From: Myxococcota bacterium
GTDB lineage: Bacteria > Myxococcota_A > SURF-8
Direction: 5' to 3'
Length of the DNA: 64,000 nt
NCBI GenBank assembly: GCA_965140415.1
Contig: OZ223209.1
Span: 672,001 to 736,000, forward strand
A model generated the notes under the pieces. It had not been told where the DNA came from. It did no database searches and saw only the letters and a list, made by a program, of their open reading frames with translations. Of this stretch, positions 1-10,071 are shown in pieces (positions within the stretch are counted from its first letter, which is position 1; every line of letters starts with the position of its first letter). Made by a program: the position numbers and the translations under genes.

Positions 1-987
1 TCCATTCCGATTCCGCAGATCGACATCCCGCGTTTCAAATTCGGTCCGCAGGAGCAGGGCGGTGTCAGCCAGGGCGATGGCGAACCGGGCGATCCGCTGG
101 ATAGCGGCGAAGAGGGTGAAGGTTCCGGGCAGGGTGAAGCCGGAGATCAGCCCGGCGAACACGAACTGGAAGTGGAAGTCACCTTAAAAGAACTGGCCGA
201 GATTCTGGGCGAGGAGTTGCAGCTTCCGCGCATCGAACCGAAAGGTGCGGACAAGATCCGTTATACGGTCGACAAGTACCGGGGCATCCGCAAAACCGGT
301 CCGGAGTCGTTGCGCCATTTTAAACGGACCTACCGCGAAGCGCTCAAGCGTCATATCTCGACCGGCATCTACAATCCCGATCGGCCCATCGTGGTGCCGG
401 TGCGCGAAGACAAGCGCTACCGGAGCTGGAAAACCATTCCGGAGCCGCAGTACAACGCCGTCATTTTCTACATCATGGATGTTTCCGGTTCGATGGGCGA
501 CGAGCAGAAGGAGATGGTGCGTATCGAATCCTTCTGGATCGATACCTGGCTGCAAAGCCAATACAAAGGCTTGGAAAGCCGTTACATCATTCACGACGCC
601 ACCGCCCGCGAGGTCGACCGGGACACCTTTTTCCGTACCAAGGAATCCGGCGGCACCGTGATTTCATCCAGTTACAAACTGGCGTTGGAGATCATGGAAG
701 AGGATTACCCGACCAGCGACTGGAACATTTACGTGTTTCAGTTTTCCGACGGCGATAACTGGTCCACCGACGATACCCAGCTTTGCATGGAACTGCTGGA
801 AAAGAAATTGCTGCCTGCCGTTAACCTGTTTGGTTACGGCCAGGTGCGCTCCTTTTTCGGTAGCGGGCAGTATATTCTGGATTTGAAGGCGTCGATCAAG
901 GAAACGGAAAATCTGGTGTTGAGCGAGATCCCCGATAAAGAGGCGATCTACAACTCGATCAAGGATTTTCTGGGTAAAGGAAAATAA
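1..987 (+). CDS. YeaH/YhbH (DUF444) family protein with VWA-like C-terminus, 5'-truncated by window edge
   Basis: Frame open from base 1 ([15 protein letters not shown], then Gly-rich linker); motifs [19 protein letters not shown]; directly upstream of SpoVR as in prkA-yeaH-spoVR loci. Confidence 0.9.
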   Translation, partial: SIPIPQIDIPRFKFGPQEQGGVSQGDGEPGDPLDSGEEGEGSGQGEAGDQPGEHELEVEVTLKELAEILGEELQLPRIEPKGADKIRYTVDKYRGIRKTGPESLRHFKRTYREALKRHISTGIYNPDRPIVVPVREDKRYRSWKTIPEPQYNAVIFYIMDVSGSMGDEQKEMVRIESFWIDTWLQSQYKGLESRYIIHDATAREVDRDTFFRTKESGGTVISSSYKLALEIMEEDYPTSDWNIYVFQFSDGDNWSTDDTQLCMELLEKKLLPAVNLFGYGQVRSFFGSGQYILDLKASIKETENLVLSEIPDKEAIYNSIKDFLGKGK

Positions 988-1026
988 GCTGTCGGACTTG
1001 GCTTCGGCGGCAGGAAAGGATTTGCG

Positions 1027-2550
1027 ATGCTGACTCCGGAACTGGAAGCGATACGCACCCAGATCGAGCAAATCGCTAAAGATTACGGCCTGGACTTCTA
1101 TACCACCATTTTCGAACTGCTGGATTATCGGCAGATTTCGGAAATCGCCGCCTATGGCGGATTTCCTACGCGCTACCCGCACTGGCGCTACGGCATGGAA
1201 TACGAAAAGCTCTACAAAGGGTACATCTTCGGCGGGCAGCGGATCTACGAAATGGTGATCAACAACAACCCCTGTTATGCCTATCTGCTAAACAGCAATC
1301 CGGTATACGATCAGAAAACCGTGATGGCGCATGTGTATGGCCACTGCGATTTCTTCAAGAACAACCTGTACTTCAGTGCTACAAACCGCAAGATGATCGA
1401 CGAAATGGCCAATCATGCCGCCCGCATCCGGCGCTATATCGATCGTTTCGGCATCGAAGAGGTGGAAACCTTTCTCGACCAGGCGCTCTCCTTGGAAAAT
1501 TTGATCGATCCTCACGCTACGCATATTTCCCGCAAGGCGCGTCCTCTGACGGAAGAAGAGCAGAAGCTGGCGCAGGAAATCCCGCGCATCAAAACCAAGA
1601 AGTACATGGAAAACTATGTGAACCCGAAGGAGTATATCGAGGCGCAGCAAGAAAAGATGCGCAAGGAAAAGGAAGATAGCGAGCAGCGTTTTCCGGTGGA
1701 ACCGGTGCGCGACGTGCTTGAGTTCCTGATCGATCACGCGCCGCTCAAAGACTGGCAGCAGGATATTCTTTCCATTATCCGCGAAGAGGCCTACTACTTT
1801 GCGCCGCAATGGATGACCAAGATCATGAACGAAGGCTGGGCGGTGTACTGGCACAGCCAGATCATGACCAAGCATATGGTCGATGCCTCCGAGATCATCA
1901 GCTATGCCGATCATCACTCCGGTGTAATCGCCATGAGCAAAGGGAATTTCAATCCGTACAAGGTGGGGTTGGAGTTGTTCCTGGATATCGAGGAGCGCTG
2001 GAACAAGGGCCGCTTCGGGCGCGAGTATGCCGAATGCGACAATATGAGCGAAAAACTCAATTGGGACAAGCAACTGGGCCTGGGTAGGGAGAAAATGTTC
2101 GAGGTGCGCAAGCTCTACAACGACGTGACCTTCATCGATGAGTTTCTTACGCCGGAATTCTGCATCGAACACAAGCTGTTTACCTACGGTTACAACAAAC
2201 GACAGGAACGCTGGGAAGTCACCTCGCGGCGCTTCGAGGACATCAAGCAGATGTTGCTGACAAACCTCACCAATGGAGGAAATCCCTTCATTTACGTCAC
2301 CGACGGCAACTATCAGAATCGCGGGGAACTGTATCTGGTTCACCAGCACGAAGGGGTGGACTTGAAACTGGATTATGCGCGCGATACGTTGCGGAACCTG
2401 GAACGCGTCTGGCATCGCCCGGTGGTGATCGAAACGGTGATTCAGGAGAGTATCACGCAGATTCGCTTCGATGGGCAGAATTACTCGATTGAACAGATCG
2501 GCGAAATACCCAAAGCGGAAGAACCACATGCCAATGGAATCGGAATCTGA
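1027..2550 (+). CDS. spoVR: SpoVR/YcgB family protein
   Basis: [37 protein letters not shown] and NPYKVG motifs. Confidence 0.92.
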   Translation: MLTPELEAIRTQIEQIAKDYGLDFYTTIFELLDYRQISEIAAYGGFPTRYPHWRYGMEYEKLYKGYIFGGQRIYEMVINNNPCYAYLLNSNPVYDQKTVMAHVYGHCDFFKNNLYFSATNRKMIDEMANHAARIRRYIDRFGIEEVETFLDQALSLENLIDPHATHISRKARPLTEEEQKLAQEIPRIKTKKYMENYVNPKEYIEAQQEKMRKEKEDSEQRFPVEPVRDVLEFLIDHAPLKDWQQDILSIIREEAYYFAPQWMTKIMNEGWAVYWHSQIMTKHMVDASEIISYADHHSGVIAMSKGNFNPYKVGLELFLDIEERWNKGRFGREYAECDNMSEKLNWDKQLGLGREKMFEVRKLYNDVTFIDEFLTPEFCIEHKLFTYGYNKRQERWEVTSRRFEDIKQMLLTNLTNGGNPFIYVTDGNYQNRGELYLVHQHEGVDLKLDYARDTLRNLERVWHRPVVIETVIQESITQIRFDGQNYSIEQIGEIPKAEEPHANGIGI

Positions 2551-2584
2551 TGTGATTCCGGTTGGATAGAGTAATTTTGGATTT

Positions 2585-2611
2585 GTAGGATGGGCATTTA
2601 CCATGCCCATC
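2585..2611 (+). repeat. GTAG-type REP-like palindrome, possibly also acting as terminator of spoVR
   Basis: GTAG tetranucleotide leading into the GATGGGCA-TTTACCA-TGCCCATC hairpin, followed by TTTTCCTTT. Confidence 0.5.
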
Positions 2612-2670
2612 TTTTCCTTTCGATAGAACAGCGCACAGCAAAATTCCCCTCAAATTTTCTTTCCCACAAA

Positions 2671-2704
2671 ATTGATTGACAAGTCAATCAATGGCTGTTA
2701 GCTT
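2671..2704 (+). promoter_or_regulatory. Sigma70 promoter overlapped by a perfect palindromic operator (likely TetR site)
   Basis: ATTGATTGAC-AA-GTCAATCAAT (2671-2692) covers TTGACA (2676-2681); 17-bp spacer; TG-n-TAGCTT (2699-2704); upstream of tetR gene. Confidence 0.75.
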
Positions 2705-2745
2705 TTTTACCGGATTAAAAAATCAATCTGGAAGGATGTAGCAGC

Positions 2746-3363
2746 ATGGGTAAGCAGAACGGCCACACACCCAAAGGTGAGGCGCGTGAGGATCTGATAT
2801 TACGGGCGGCCTGTCAGGTCATCCGGGAAAAGGGCTTTCATCGCGCCCGCATGGCGGATATTGCAGACCGGGCGGAGATCAGCTATGGGTTGGCCTATCA
2901 CTATTTCGCCAATAAAGACGGCGTGTTCGACGCCATTTTCGCCCGCTGGAACGAAAGCCTGTTTGCAGAGCTTGACCGCATCGCAGAAGATGTGCACGGC
3001 ATCGAAAAGCAACTGGCCAGCTTGATCGAATACTTTCTGGATGCCTACGAACACCAGCCGGATCTGGTGCATATTTTCATTACCGAATTCAGCCGTTCAA
3101 GCCACAACCTGAATCCCGAACGCCTGACGCATTTTAAAAACTTCATCGCCCGCACAGTGAACCTGATTAAAAATGCTCAGGAAAACGGAGAGTTACGCAC
3201 GGATATCAAGGCGCATTATCTGGCCTATCTTTTTTTGGGTGGTTTGGAAACGTTCTTGTCGTCGATGGTGCTGGAAAACCAGGCCATCGATGGCGCGCGC
3301 ATGAAGCGCAACATTAAAGATGGATTACTGGATCTGTTTTTATCGGGAGCACGTCCCCGATAA
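2746..3363 (+). CDS. TetR/AcrR family transcriptional regulator
   Basis: N-terminal HTH (KGFHRARMADIADRAEISYGLAYHYFANK), 205 aa. Confidence 0.93.
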   Translation: MGKQNGHTPKGEAREDLILRAACQVIREKGFHRARMADIADRAEISYGLAYHYFANKDGVFDAIFARWNESLFAELDRIAEDVHGIEKQLASLIEYFLDAYEHQPDLVHIFITEFSRSSHNLNPERLTHFKNFIARTVNLIKNAQENGELRTDIKAHYLAYLFLGGLETFLSSMVLENQAIDGARMKRNIKDGLLDLFLSGARPR

Positions 3364-3392
3364 CAGCGATTGTATAACCTGTGGAGGAAGCC

Positions 3393-4535
3393 ATGGACTT
3401 TGCATTGACCGAGGAACAACGCCTGTTTAAAGATCAGGTTGTTAAGTTCGCACGCAAGGAGATCGTGCCGCGCGTACTGGAGCACGAGCGCGCCCAGCAA
3501 TTCGACTTCGAATCCTGGCGCAAAATGGGGGAAATGGGCCTGTTGGGTCTGCATTTCCCGGAAAGCTACGGCGGTAGCGGCGCGGACGTCATGACCTGCA
3601 TTCTGGCCGGCGAGGCGCTAGGCGAGGCCGGAGTCGATGGCGGGTTGACGCTCTCTTATGGCGCGCATACCTATTTGTGCGCGGACACGATTTTCAGTCA
3701 CGGCAGCGAAGAGCAGAAACAGAAATACGTGCCAAAACTGGCCAGCGGCGAATGGATCGGCTGCATGGGGCTGACCGAGCCGGGTGCTGGCAGCGACGTG
3801 GCCGCCTTGCGCACGCGGGCGGATAAAACGGATGAAGGCTACGTGCTGAATGGCAGCAAGATCTTTATCACCAACGGTTCCATTGCGGATGTCGCCGTGA
3901 TCTACGCCAAGACCTCGCCGGAAGGCGGCCACGCAGGCATCAGCGCGTTCATCGTGGAAAAAGGCACGCCCGGTTTCAGTGTCAGCCGCAACCTGCATAA
4001 AATGGGCGTGCGTACCTCGCCAACTTCCGAACTGGCTTTCGAAGACTGCCTGATCCCGCACGAGAATCTGCTGGGTTTCGAGGGAGCCGGATTTTTAATG
4101 GCCATGCAGACGGTCGAATGGGACCGCTCGGCCTTGATCGCACCGTTTATCGGAAGCGTACAGAATGTGCTGGAAAAATGCGTGCGCTATTCGCAGGAAC
4201 GGGAGCAGTTTGGTCGGGCCATCGGGCAGTTCGACGCAGTGAAAGAGAAAATCGCCAACCTGAAGATCTTCATGGAGGCGGCGCGCACTTTGGTCTATCG
4301 CATCGCCTGGTGCAAGGATCAGGGGCGGCCCTTGAATCATCTGGAAGCGGCGGTGGCCAAGCTGTTCGTGGGTGACTGGTCGCTGGCACCGTTGAATGAC
4401 GCCGTTCTGTTGCACGGCGGCTATGGCTATACCGATGAATACGAGGTGGAGCGCGTTTTCCGCGACGGTCGCCTGGCGCCGATCGGCGGAGGCACCAGCG
4501 ATATCCAGAAACTCGTCATTTCCAAATTAATGTGA
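3393..4535 (+). CDS. Acyl-CoA dehydrogenase
   Basis: LTEPGAGSD, LNGSKIFITNG, REQFGRAI, HGGYGY and GGTSDIQ motifs; GGAGG RBS before ATG 3393. Confidence 0.93.
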   Translation: MDFALTEEQRLFKDQVVKFARKEIVPRVLEHERAQQFDFESWRKMGEMGLLGLHFPESYGGSGADVMTCILAGEALGEAGVDGGLTLSYGAHTYLCADTIFSHGSEEQKQKYVPKLASGEWIGCMGLTEPGAGSDVAALRTRADKTDEGYVLNGSKIFITNGSIADVAVIYAKTSPEGGHAGISAFIVEKGTPGFSVSRNLHKMGVRTSPTSELAFEDCLIPHENLLGFEGAGFLMAMQTVEWDRSALIAPFIGSVQNVLEKCVRYSQEREQFGRAIGQFDAVKEKIANLKIFMEAARTLVYRIAWCKDQGRPLNHLEAAVAKLFVGDWSLAPLNDAVLLHGGYGYTDEYEVERVFRDGRLAPIGGGTSDIQKLVISKLM

Positions 4536-4545
4536 GGAGCGGGCA

Positions 4546-5643
4546 ATGAACTTCGAATGGCCCAAGCAAAGTAAAGAACGGATCGAATCCATCCGTGAAC
4601 TGTTTACCGAGGAGATGCTTTCGGCGCTGCTATTGGCGTCGCAGGCAGACGATAAAGAACTGGCGGCGCGCTGGAAAACATTGCTGCAAAAGCTGGAAAG
4701 CTGCGGATATTGGGAACTGGCGCAGCAGCAATTGAAAGAGGCGGACGTCAGTCTGTTGGCCGCGCTGGAAATCGAACTGGCCAAGCAAAACGCCGCACTG
4801 GCACTGGCTGCACAACAAACGCGCCTGTTCACGCAGGCGGCGTCTCTGCTGCCGGACTGCTATCCACCCAAACCGGGTGAGGCGCTGGTAAGTACCGTGC
4901 TGGTCGATTCGCAGTCTGCGCCAATTTTGGAGGAAAGCGGAGAAGGTTACAGCCTGTCCGGCCATGCGAGCATGGTTCCATTGGCTGCGCTGGCGGAATG
5001 GTTCGCCATCGAAGCACAGTTTAACGATAAGCCGGTGCTGGTGCTGGTCGAAGCGAGCGCTCATGGTGTTTCACGAAGCAGCGGAGTGCGCTGTAGCGGT
5101 TTGCATGCGCTGGCCTTTGCCGATGTTACCTTTGAACAAGTTGCGATCAGCCGGGAACGTTGCAGCAACCCGGACAAATCAAGCGGAGCGTTGCAGCAAC
5201 TACACGCCTTGCAGGATCTGGGATTGTGCGCAGCGGCGGCAGGCGTGATGCAGGCGGCGTTTACTGCCGCTCGCGCCAATGCGGAGAAAACCACGGAGCA
5301 GGGGCGCTCCAAGATGGCGCGTCAGCAGGTGCGCTATAAACTGGCGGAATTGTTGACTTTGAACCAGACGGCGGAGTGGATGCTGCTTCGGGCGGCGTGG
5401 CTGTTGCAAAGCGGCGATTTCGAAGCGTCAACGGTGGTGAAAAGCGCCAAAGTCTTCTGCGGGGAATCGGCCCACGAAGTCGCGCAGGCGGCGCTACAGA
5501 TCGCCGGTGTGGAAGGCTATCGCAGCGGTGCGGATTTCGAGCGTTTCGTGGCCGACAGCCGCTATCTGCTGCTGGCAGGAACGACGGCGGGTCAGGCCAA
5601 GTTGCAGATCGCCGATGATTTACTCAAGCGCTACGAGGTGTAA
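4546..5643 (+). CDS. Divergent acyl-CoA dehydrogenase-like protein (possible partner subunit)
   Basis: C-terminal ACAD features (QVRYKLAEL, AKVFCGE, ALQIAGVEGY, AGTT) with degenerate N-terminal FAD motif. Confidence 0.75.
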   Translation: MNFEWPKQSKERIESIRELFTEEMLSALLLASQADDKELAARWKTLLQKLESCGYWELAQQQLKEADVSLLAALEIELAKQNAALALAAQQTRLFTQAASLLPDCYPPKPGEALVSTVLVDSQSAPILEESGEGYSLSGHASMVPLAALAEWFAIEAQFNDKPVLVLVEASAHGVSRSSGVRCSGLHALAFADVTFEQVAISRERCSNPDKSSGALQQLHALQDLGLCAAAAGVMQAAFTAARANAEKTTEQGRSKMARQQVRYKLAELLTLNQTAEWMLLRAAWLLQSGDFEASTVVKSAKVFCGESAHEVAQAALQIAGVEGYRSGADFERFVADSRYLLLAGTTAGQAKLQIADDLLKRYEV

Positions 5644-5645
5644 CG

Positions 5646-7262
5646 ATGCCGGTGTTGGATAGTCGGATCGATCCGGATAGTGCGGTATATCGTACAAATT
5701 TCGAAGCGATGGAGAAACTCGTTTCGGAATTGAATGAGGAGCTGCGCATTGCGCGGGAACAGCGTTCGGAAAAGGCGCGCAATCGAAACGCCCAGTTGGG
5801 AAAGTTGACTGTTCAGCAGCGGCTCGATCGCCTGTTGGATAAGAATACCCCCTGGCTTGAGCTGGCGCCCCTTGCCGCGCGCGGCATGTACGACGGCAAA
5901 GTGCATGGCGCTGGTGTGCGTTCTGGAATCGGCGTGGTGAGCGGACGCGAAGTGATTATCAACGCCAACGACCCGATGATCAAGGGCGGCACGATCTACC
6001 CGATGGGCGTGAAAAAGAATCTGCGTATCCAGACCATCGCCATGGAAAATCACCTGCCGATGATCAACCTGGTGGATTCGGGTGGTGCGTATCTGCCGCT
6101 GCAATCGGAAATCTTTCCCGATATCGATGACGGCGGGCGCGTGTTCTATAACCAGGCGATCATGAGCAAGCTGAACATCCCGCAGATCACCGCCGTGATG
6201 GGGCTGTGCACCGCCGGTGGAGCCTACGTCCCTGCCATGAGCGATCATGTCGTACACGTCAAGAAAACCGGTGCGATCTTTTTAGGCGGACCGCCGCTGG
6301 TATTGGCGGCCACGGGAGAAGTCGTAAGCGCGGAGGATCTGGGTGGAGCTTCCGTGCATTGTTCGGAAAGTGGGGTAAGCGATTACATCGCCGAGGACGA
6401 TGCCGACGCCATCGAGCAGTTGCGGGAGATCGTCGCCATGCTGCCGCCGGGCGAGCGGTTCAGGATTCCGATGCGCGAACCGGCAGCTCCCTTGTACGAC
6501 AGCAAGGAAATCTACGGCATCGTGCCGGAGAAGCTCAGCACACCATACGACGTACGCGAGGTCATCGCCCGCATGGTGGACGGCAGCGAGTTTCTGGAAT
6601 TCAAAGAGCTATACGGACCGACGCTGGTCTGCGGCTGGGCGCATATACACGGTTACATGGTTGGCATTCTGGGCAATAACGGCGTGCTCTTTTCAGAAAG
6701 CTCGTTAAAGGCCACGCAGTTTATTTCTTTGTGTGACCGCCAGGGCATCCCACTGATATTTTTGCAGAACATCAACGGCTATATCATCGGGCGCGAATAC
6801 GAGCGCGGCGGCATCACCAAAGACGGCCACAAGATGGTGCATGCTGTCAGCACCGCCACCGTGCCGAAATTCACCGTGATCGTTGGGGCTTCGTTCGGTG
6901 CAGGCAATTACGGCATGTGCGGGCGGGCGTATTCGCCGCGCTTTTTGTGGATGTGGCCCAACGCCAAAATCGGCGTCATGGGCGGCGAGCAGGCGGCGGA
7001 TGTGCTGGTGACGGTGAAAAACGACCAGCTCAAGCGCGAAGGTCAAGATCCATTGCCGGATGAATTCGTCCAGGCCATCAAGCAGCCTGTCGTCGAAACA
7101 GCCGATAAGGAAGGCAATGCCTATCACAGCACGGCCAACGTCTGGGACGACGGCATTATCGATCCGGCCAAGACCCGCGATGTGCTGGGCCTGGCGCTTT
7201 CGGCTTCGCTGAATAATCCCCTGCACGATCGCAAGCAGGGTCACGGCACCTTCCGCATGTAG
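5646..7262 (+). CDS. Acyl-CoA carboxylase carboxyltransferase subunit (methylcrotonyl/geranyl-CoA carboxylase beta-like)
   Basis: LVDSGGAYLPLQ, CTAGGAYVPAMSD, GAGNYGMCGRAY and MGGEQAA motifs; C-terminal FRM. Confidence 0.92.
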   Translation: MPVLDSRIDPDSAVYRTNFEAMEKLVSELNEELRIAREQRSEKARNRNAQLGKLTVQQRLDRLLDKNTPWLELAPLAARGMYDGKVHGAGVRSGIGVVSGREVIINANDPMIKGGTIYPMGVKKNLRIQTIAMENHLPMINLVDSGGAYLPLQSEIFPDIDDGGRVFYNQAIMSKLNIPQITAVMGLCTAGGAYVPAMSDHVVHVKKTGAIFLGGPPLVLAATGEVVSAEDLGGASVHCSESGVSDYIAEDDADAIEQLREIVAMLPPGERFRIPMREPAAPLYDSKEIYGIVPEKLSTPYDVREVIARMVDGSEFLEFKELYGPTLVCGWAHIHGYMVGILGNNGVLFSESSLKATQFISLCDRQGIPLIFLQNINGYIIGREYERGGITKDGHKMVHAVSTATVPKFTVIVGASFGAGNYGMCGRAYSPRFLWMWPNAKIGVMGGEQAADVLVTVKNDQLKREGQDPLPDEFVQAIKQPVVETADKEGNAYHSTANVWDDGIIDPAKTRDVLGLALSASLNNPLHDRKQGHGTFRM

Positions 7263-7272
7263 GAGCAGATCG

Positions 7273-8787
7273 ATGTTCGATTCATTACTGATCGCCAACC
7301 GGGGAGAGATCGCCGTCCGTGTGATGCGCACGGCCAAGGAAATGGGCATTCGTACCATCGCGGTATATTCGGATGCCGATAGCGACACCCCGCATGTATT
7401 GCAGGCGGATGACGCCGTGTGTATCGGTTCGGCGGAGCCCGCTCAAAGCTATTTGAATATCGAGGCCATTTTAAAGGCCGCCAAAGAAAGCGGTGCCAAG
7501 GCTATTCATCCAGGCTATGGATTCCTTTCGGAAAACCCGGAATTCGCTCGGGCGGTAGATGAGGCGGGCCTGATTTTCGTCGGCCCTGCGGCAGAGGTGA
7601 TGGCCGCACTGGGCGATAAGACCTCCGCGCGCGAACTGGCGCGTTCGCAAGGTGTGCCGGTGACTCCCGGCTTTGAAAAGCGGGATGCCAGCGCAGAAGA
7701 ACTGGAAGCGGCGGCCAAGGAAATCGGTTATCCGGTTTTGATCAAAGCGGCGGCGGGTGGTGGCGGAAAAGGAATGCGCGTGGTAAGCGATCCTGCTTTG
7801 CTTGTCGAATCGGCAAAGCAAGCGGCCAGCGAAGCCAAAAGCGCGTTTGGCGATGGCACGATCTACCTGGAAAAATACCTGGAACGTCCGCGCCACGTCG
7901 AAATTCAAATTATGGCCGATAAAAACGGCCATGCCATCCATCTGTTCGAGCGGGAATGCTCCATTCAGCGCCGTCACCAGAAAATCGTGGAGGAATCGCC
8001 CTCGCCGGTGCTGGATGCGGATTTGCGCGAACGTATGGGCCAGGCGGCGGTGGCGCTGGTAAAGGCGGCTGGCTACGTCAATGCCGGAACGGTGGAGTTT
8101 TTACTGGATGAAAACAACAACTTCTATTTTCTGGAGGTCAATACGCGCCTTCAGGTGGAGCATCCGGTCACGGAGATGATCACCGGCCTGGATCTGGTGC
8201 GGCTGCAATTGCAGATTGCAGACGGGCAGGCGCTGTCCTTGCAACAGCAGGACGTAACCTTGCGAGGGCACGCCATCGAATGCCGCCTGTATGCGGAAGA
8301 TGCGGCCAAGGGCTTTCTGCCTTCGCCGGGGAAGATCCTGTTGGCGATTGTGCCGGAAGGACCGGGGGTGCGCTTCGATCATGCCATTCGAACCGGTCTG
8401 GATGTGCCGGTTTATTACGATCCGATGCTGGGCAAGCTGATTGCCACTGCGCCGGATCGGAACAGTGCGATACAACGCATGATTCGGGCGCTTGAAGAAT
8501 GCGTGATCCTGGGTGTGGCTACGCCGGTGGAATTTCTGCTCGACGTGCTGCGCTCGCCCGCTTTCAGACAAGGCGAAACGCATACGCATTTTATCGAGCA
8601 GCATTTTTGCGAATGGACGCCGAGTGATGACGCGGATGTGGAAGCGGCAGTCGGTTATACACTTGCTCCCGCTGTTTCAAGAAGTTCCGTACAATACAAT
8701 GGTGCAGCACAGGGTATCGCGACGCCTTTCGAACGCCTGGGTAAATGGGATCTGTACGATCCGAGCGGGAAAGGAGAGCGGTCATGA
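7273..8787 (+). CDS. Biotin carboxylase subunit
   Basis: IANRGEIA, HPGYGFLSEN, GGGGKGMR, ERECSIQRRHQK and EVNTRLQVEHPVTE motifs. Confidence 0.95.
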   Translation: MFDSLLIANRGEIAVRVMRTAKEMGIRTIAVYSDADSDTPHVLQADDAVCIGSAEPAQSYLNIEAILKAAKESGAKAIHPGYGFLSENPEFARAVDEAGLIFVGPAAEVMAALGDKTSARELARSQGVPVTPGFEKRDASAEELEAAAKEIGYPVLIKAAAGGGGKGMRVVSDPALLVESAKQAASEAKSAFGDGTIYLEKYLERPRHVEIQIMADKNGHAIHLFERECSIQRRHQKIVEESPSPVLDADLRERMGQAAVALVKAAGYVNAGTVEFLLDENNNFYFLEVNTRLQVEHPVTEMITGLDLVRLQLQIADGQALSLQQQDVTLRGHAIECRLYAEDAAKGFLPSPGKILLAIVPEGPGVRFDHAIRTGLDVPVYYDPMLGKLIATAPDRNSAIQRMIRALEECVILGVATPVEFLLDVLRSPAFRQGETHTHFIEQHFCEWTPSDDADVEAAVGYTLAPAVSRSSVQYNGAAQGIATPFERLGKWDLYDPSGKGERS

Positions 8788-9284
8788 CGGAAAGCATTCG
8801 CATCACAGAACGCGACTTCGAACTGGAGCAGCTTGACGGTCAGATCCGGCTTGGTGAGAACGTTTACAAGGTCGAACCCTGCCTGCAAAGTGAAAACAAG
8901 CAGGTCGTTCGAATCGACAATCGCATTGCCACGCTCTACACCGTGCGGACGGATACCGGTGTTTGGGTGTTTTCGCGGGGCAGGGCGCGCTTCGTCGAGG
9001 ATCTGTCCAAAAGTGGCAGTCGGCGAAAAAGCAAAACCGGTCAGAGCGAACAGGTAACGCCGCAGATGCCGGGCGTCGTGGTGAACGTACTGGTAAGCGT
9101 GGGTGAAGCGGTTACGAAAGGCCAGGGGCTGGTCGTGGTCAGTGCGATGAAAATGGAGGCGGTATTGGCCGCGCCGTTTAACGGCGTGGTGGAGGCTGTG
9201 AACGTCGAAGCGGGAGATAAAGTCTCGCCGGGTGAAATCCTGGTGGACGTTACCCGGGATGCGCAAGGAGGCGACGATGAGTGA
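8784..9284 (+). CDS. Biotin carboxyl carrier protein with N-terminal extension
   Basis: PQMPGVV...SAMKME biotinylation motif; ATGA overlap with the upstream stop. Confidence 0.88.
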   Translation: MTESIRITERDFELEQLDGQIRLGENVYKVEPCLQSENKQVVRIDNRIATLYTVRTDTGVWVFSRGRARFVEDLSKSGSRRKSKTGQSEQVTPQMPGVVVNVLVSVGEAVTKGQGLVVVSAMKMEAVLAAPFNGVVEAVNVEAGDKVSPGEILVDVTRDAQGGDDE

Positions 9285-10044
9285 CGAGTTGCTCTATGAA
9301 GTGAAAGGACATGCGGCCTGGATCACGTTGAATCGGCCCGAAAAACGCAACGCCATCAGCGTGGCCATGATCGAGCGCTTCAACGAATACCTGGACGCCA
9401 TCGAAGCGGACGAAAGCATTCGTGTCGTCTGCTTAACCGGCGCGGGGGATACGACGTTTTGTTCGGGTGCGGATCTGGCCGGTGCATTCGAAGGCGGCCC
9501 GCAGCAGGGCGCATTGAAATACGCAAATCTGTTATTGCGACTGAACCGTTTTTGCAAACCCTTGGTGGCGCGGCTCAACGGTCATTGTCTGGCTGGCGGC
9601 ATGGGGCTGATGCTCTCCTGCGACATCGCTTATGCAAAAGAAGGCATCTACATCGGTACGCCCGAAGTTAAGGTAGGGTTGTTCCCAATGATGATCGGAG
9701 CCCTGATTTTCAAAAACGCCATACGCAAGCAGGCGTTGGAGATGATTTACACCGCGCGGATGCTCTCGCCGTTACAGGCCGAGCGCATGGGATTGATCAC
9801 GCGCACCTACGAAGCGGAAGATTTGGACCGCGAAGTGGAAGAAACGCTGGCGGATATAGCCAAGAATGCGCCTTTGGCGATTCAGGCGGGACGGCAGGCG
9901 CTGGCTGCGGCGGAAGAAATGGACTTGGAAAATGCCTTTCCTTTTCTGGCGGATGAACTGGGAAAAATCTTTCAAAGCGAAGACGCCGCCGAGGGACTTT
10001 CCGCCTTTTTCCAGAAACGCGAACCGGTTTGGAAGAACCGATAA
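9277..10044 (+). CDS. Enoyl-CoA hydratase/isomerase (methylglutaconyl-CoA hydratase-like)
   Basis: LNRPEKRNA, FCSGADL, GHCLAGGMGL and PEVKVG crotonase motifs. Confidence 0.88.
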   Translation: MSDELLYEVKGHAAWITLNRPEKRNAISVAMIERFNEYLDAIEADESIRVVCLTGAGDTTFCSGADLAGAFEGGPQQGALKYANLLLRLNRFCKPLVARLNGHCLAGGMGLMLSCDIAYAKEGIYIGTPEVKVGLFPMMIGALIFKNAIRKQALEMIYTARMLSPLQAERMGLITRTYEAEDLDREVEETLADIAKNAPLAIQAGRQALAAAEEMDLENAFPFLADELGKIFQSEDAAEGLSAFFQKREPVWKNR

Positions 10045-10071
10045 TCGAACTCATACAAAAGGAAGCCTGCT

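Noticed and set aside
1288-2610. 440-aa antisense ORF and similar long shadow ORFs elsewhere (e.g. 19839-20783, 31637-32653, 41102-41995, 58764-59654)
   Set aside because: They overlap well-supported genes on the opposite strand and show no recognisable motifs
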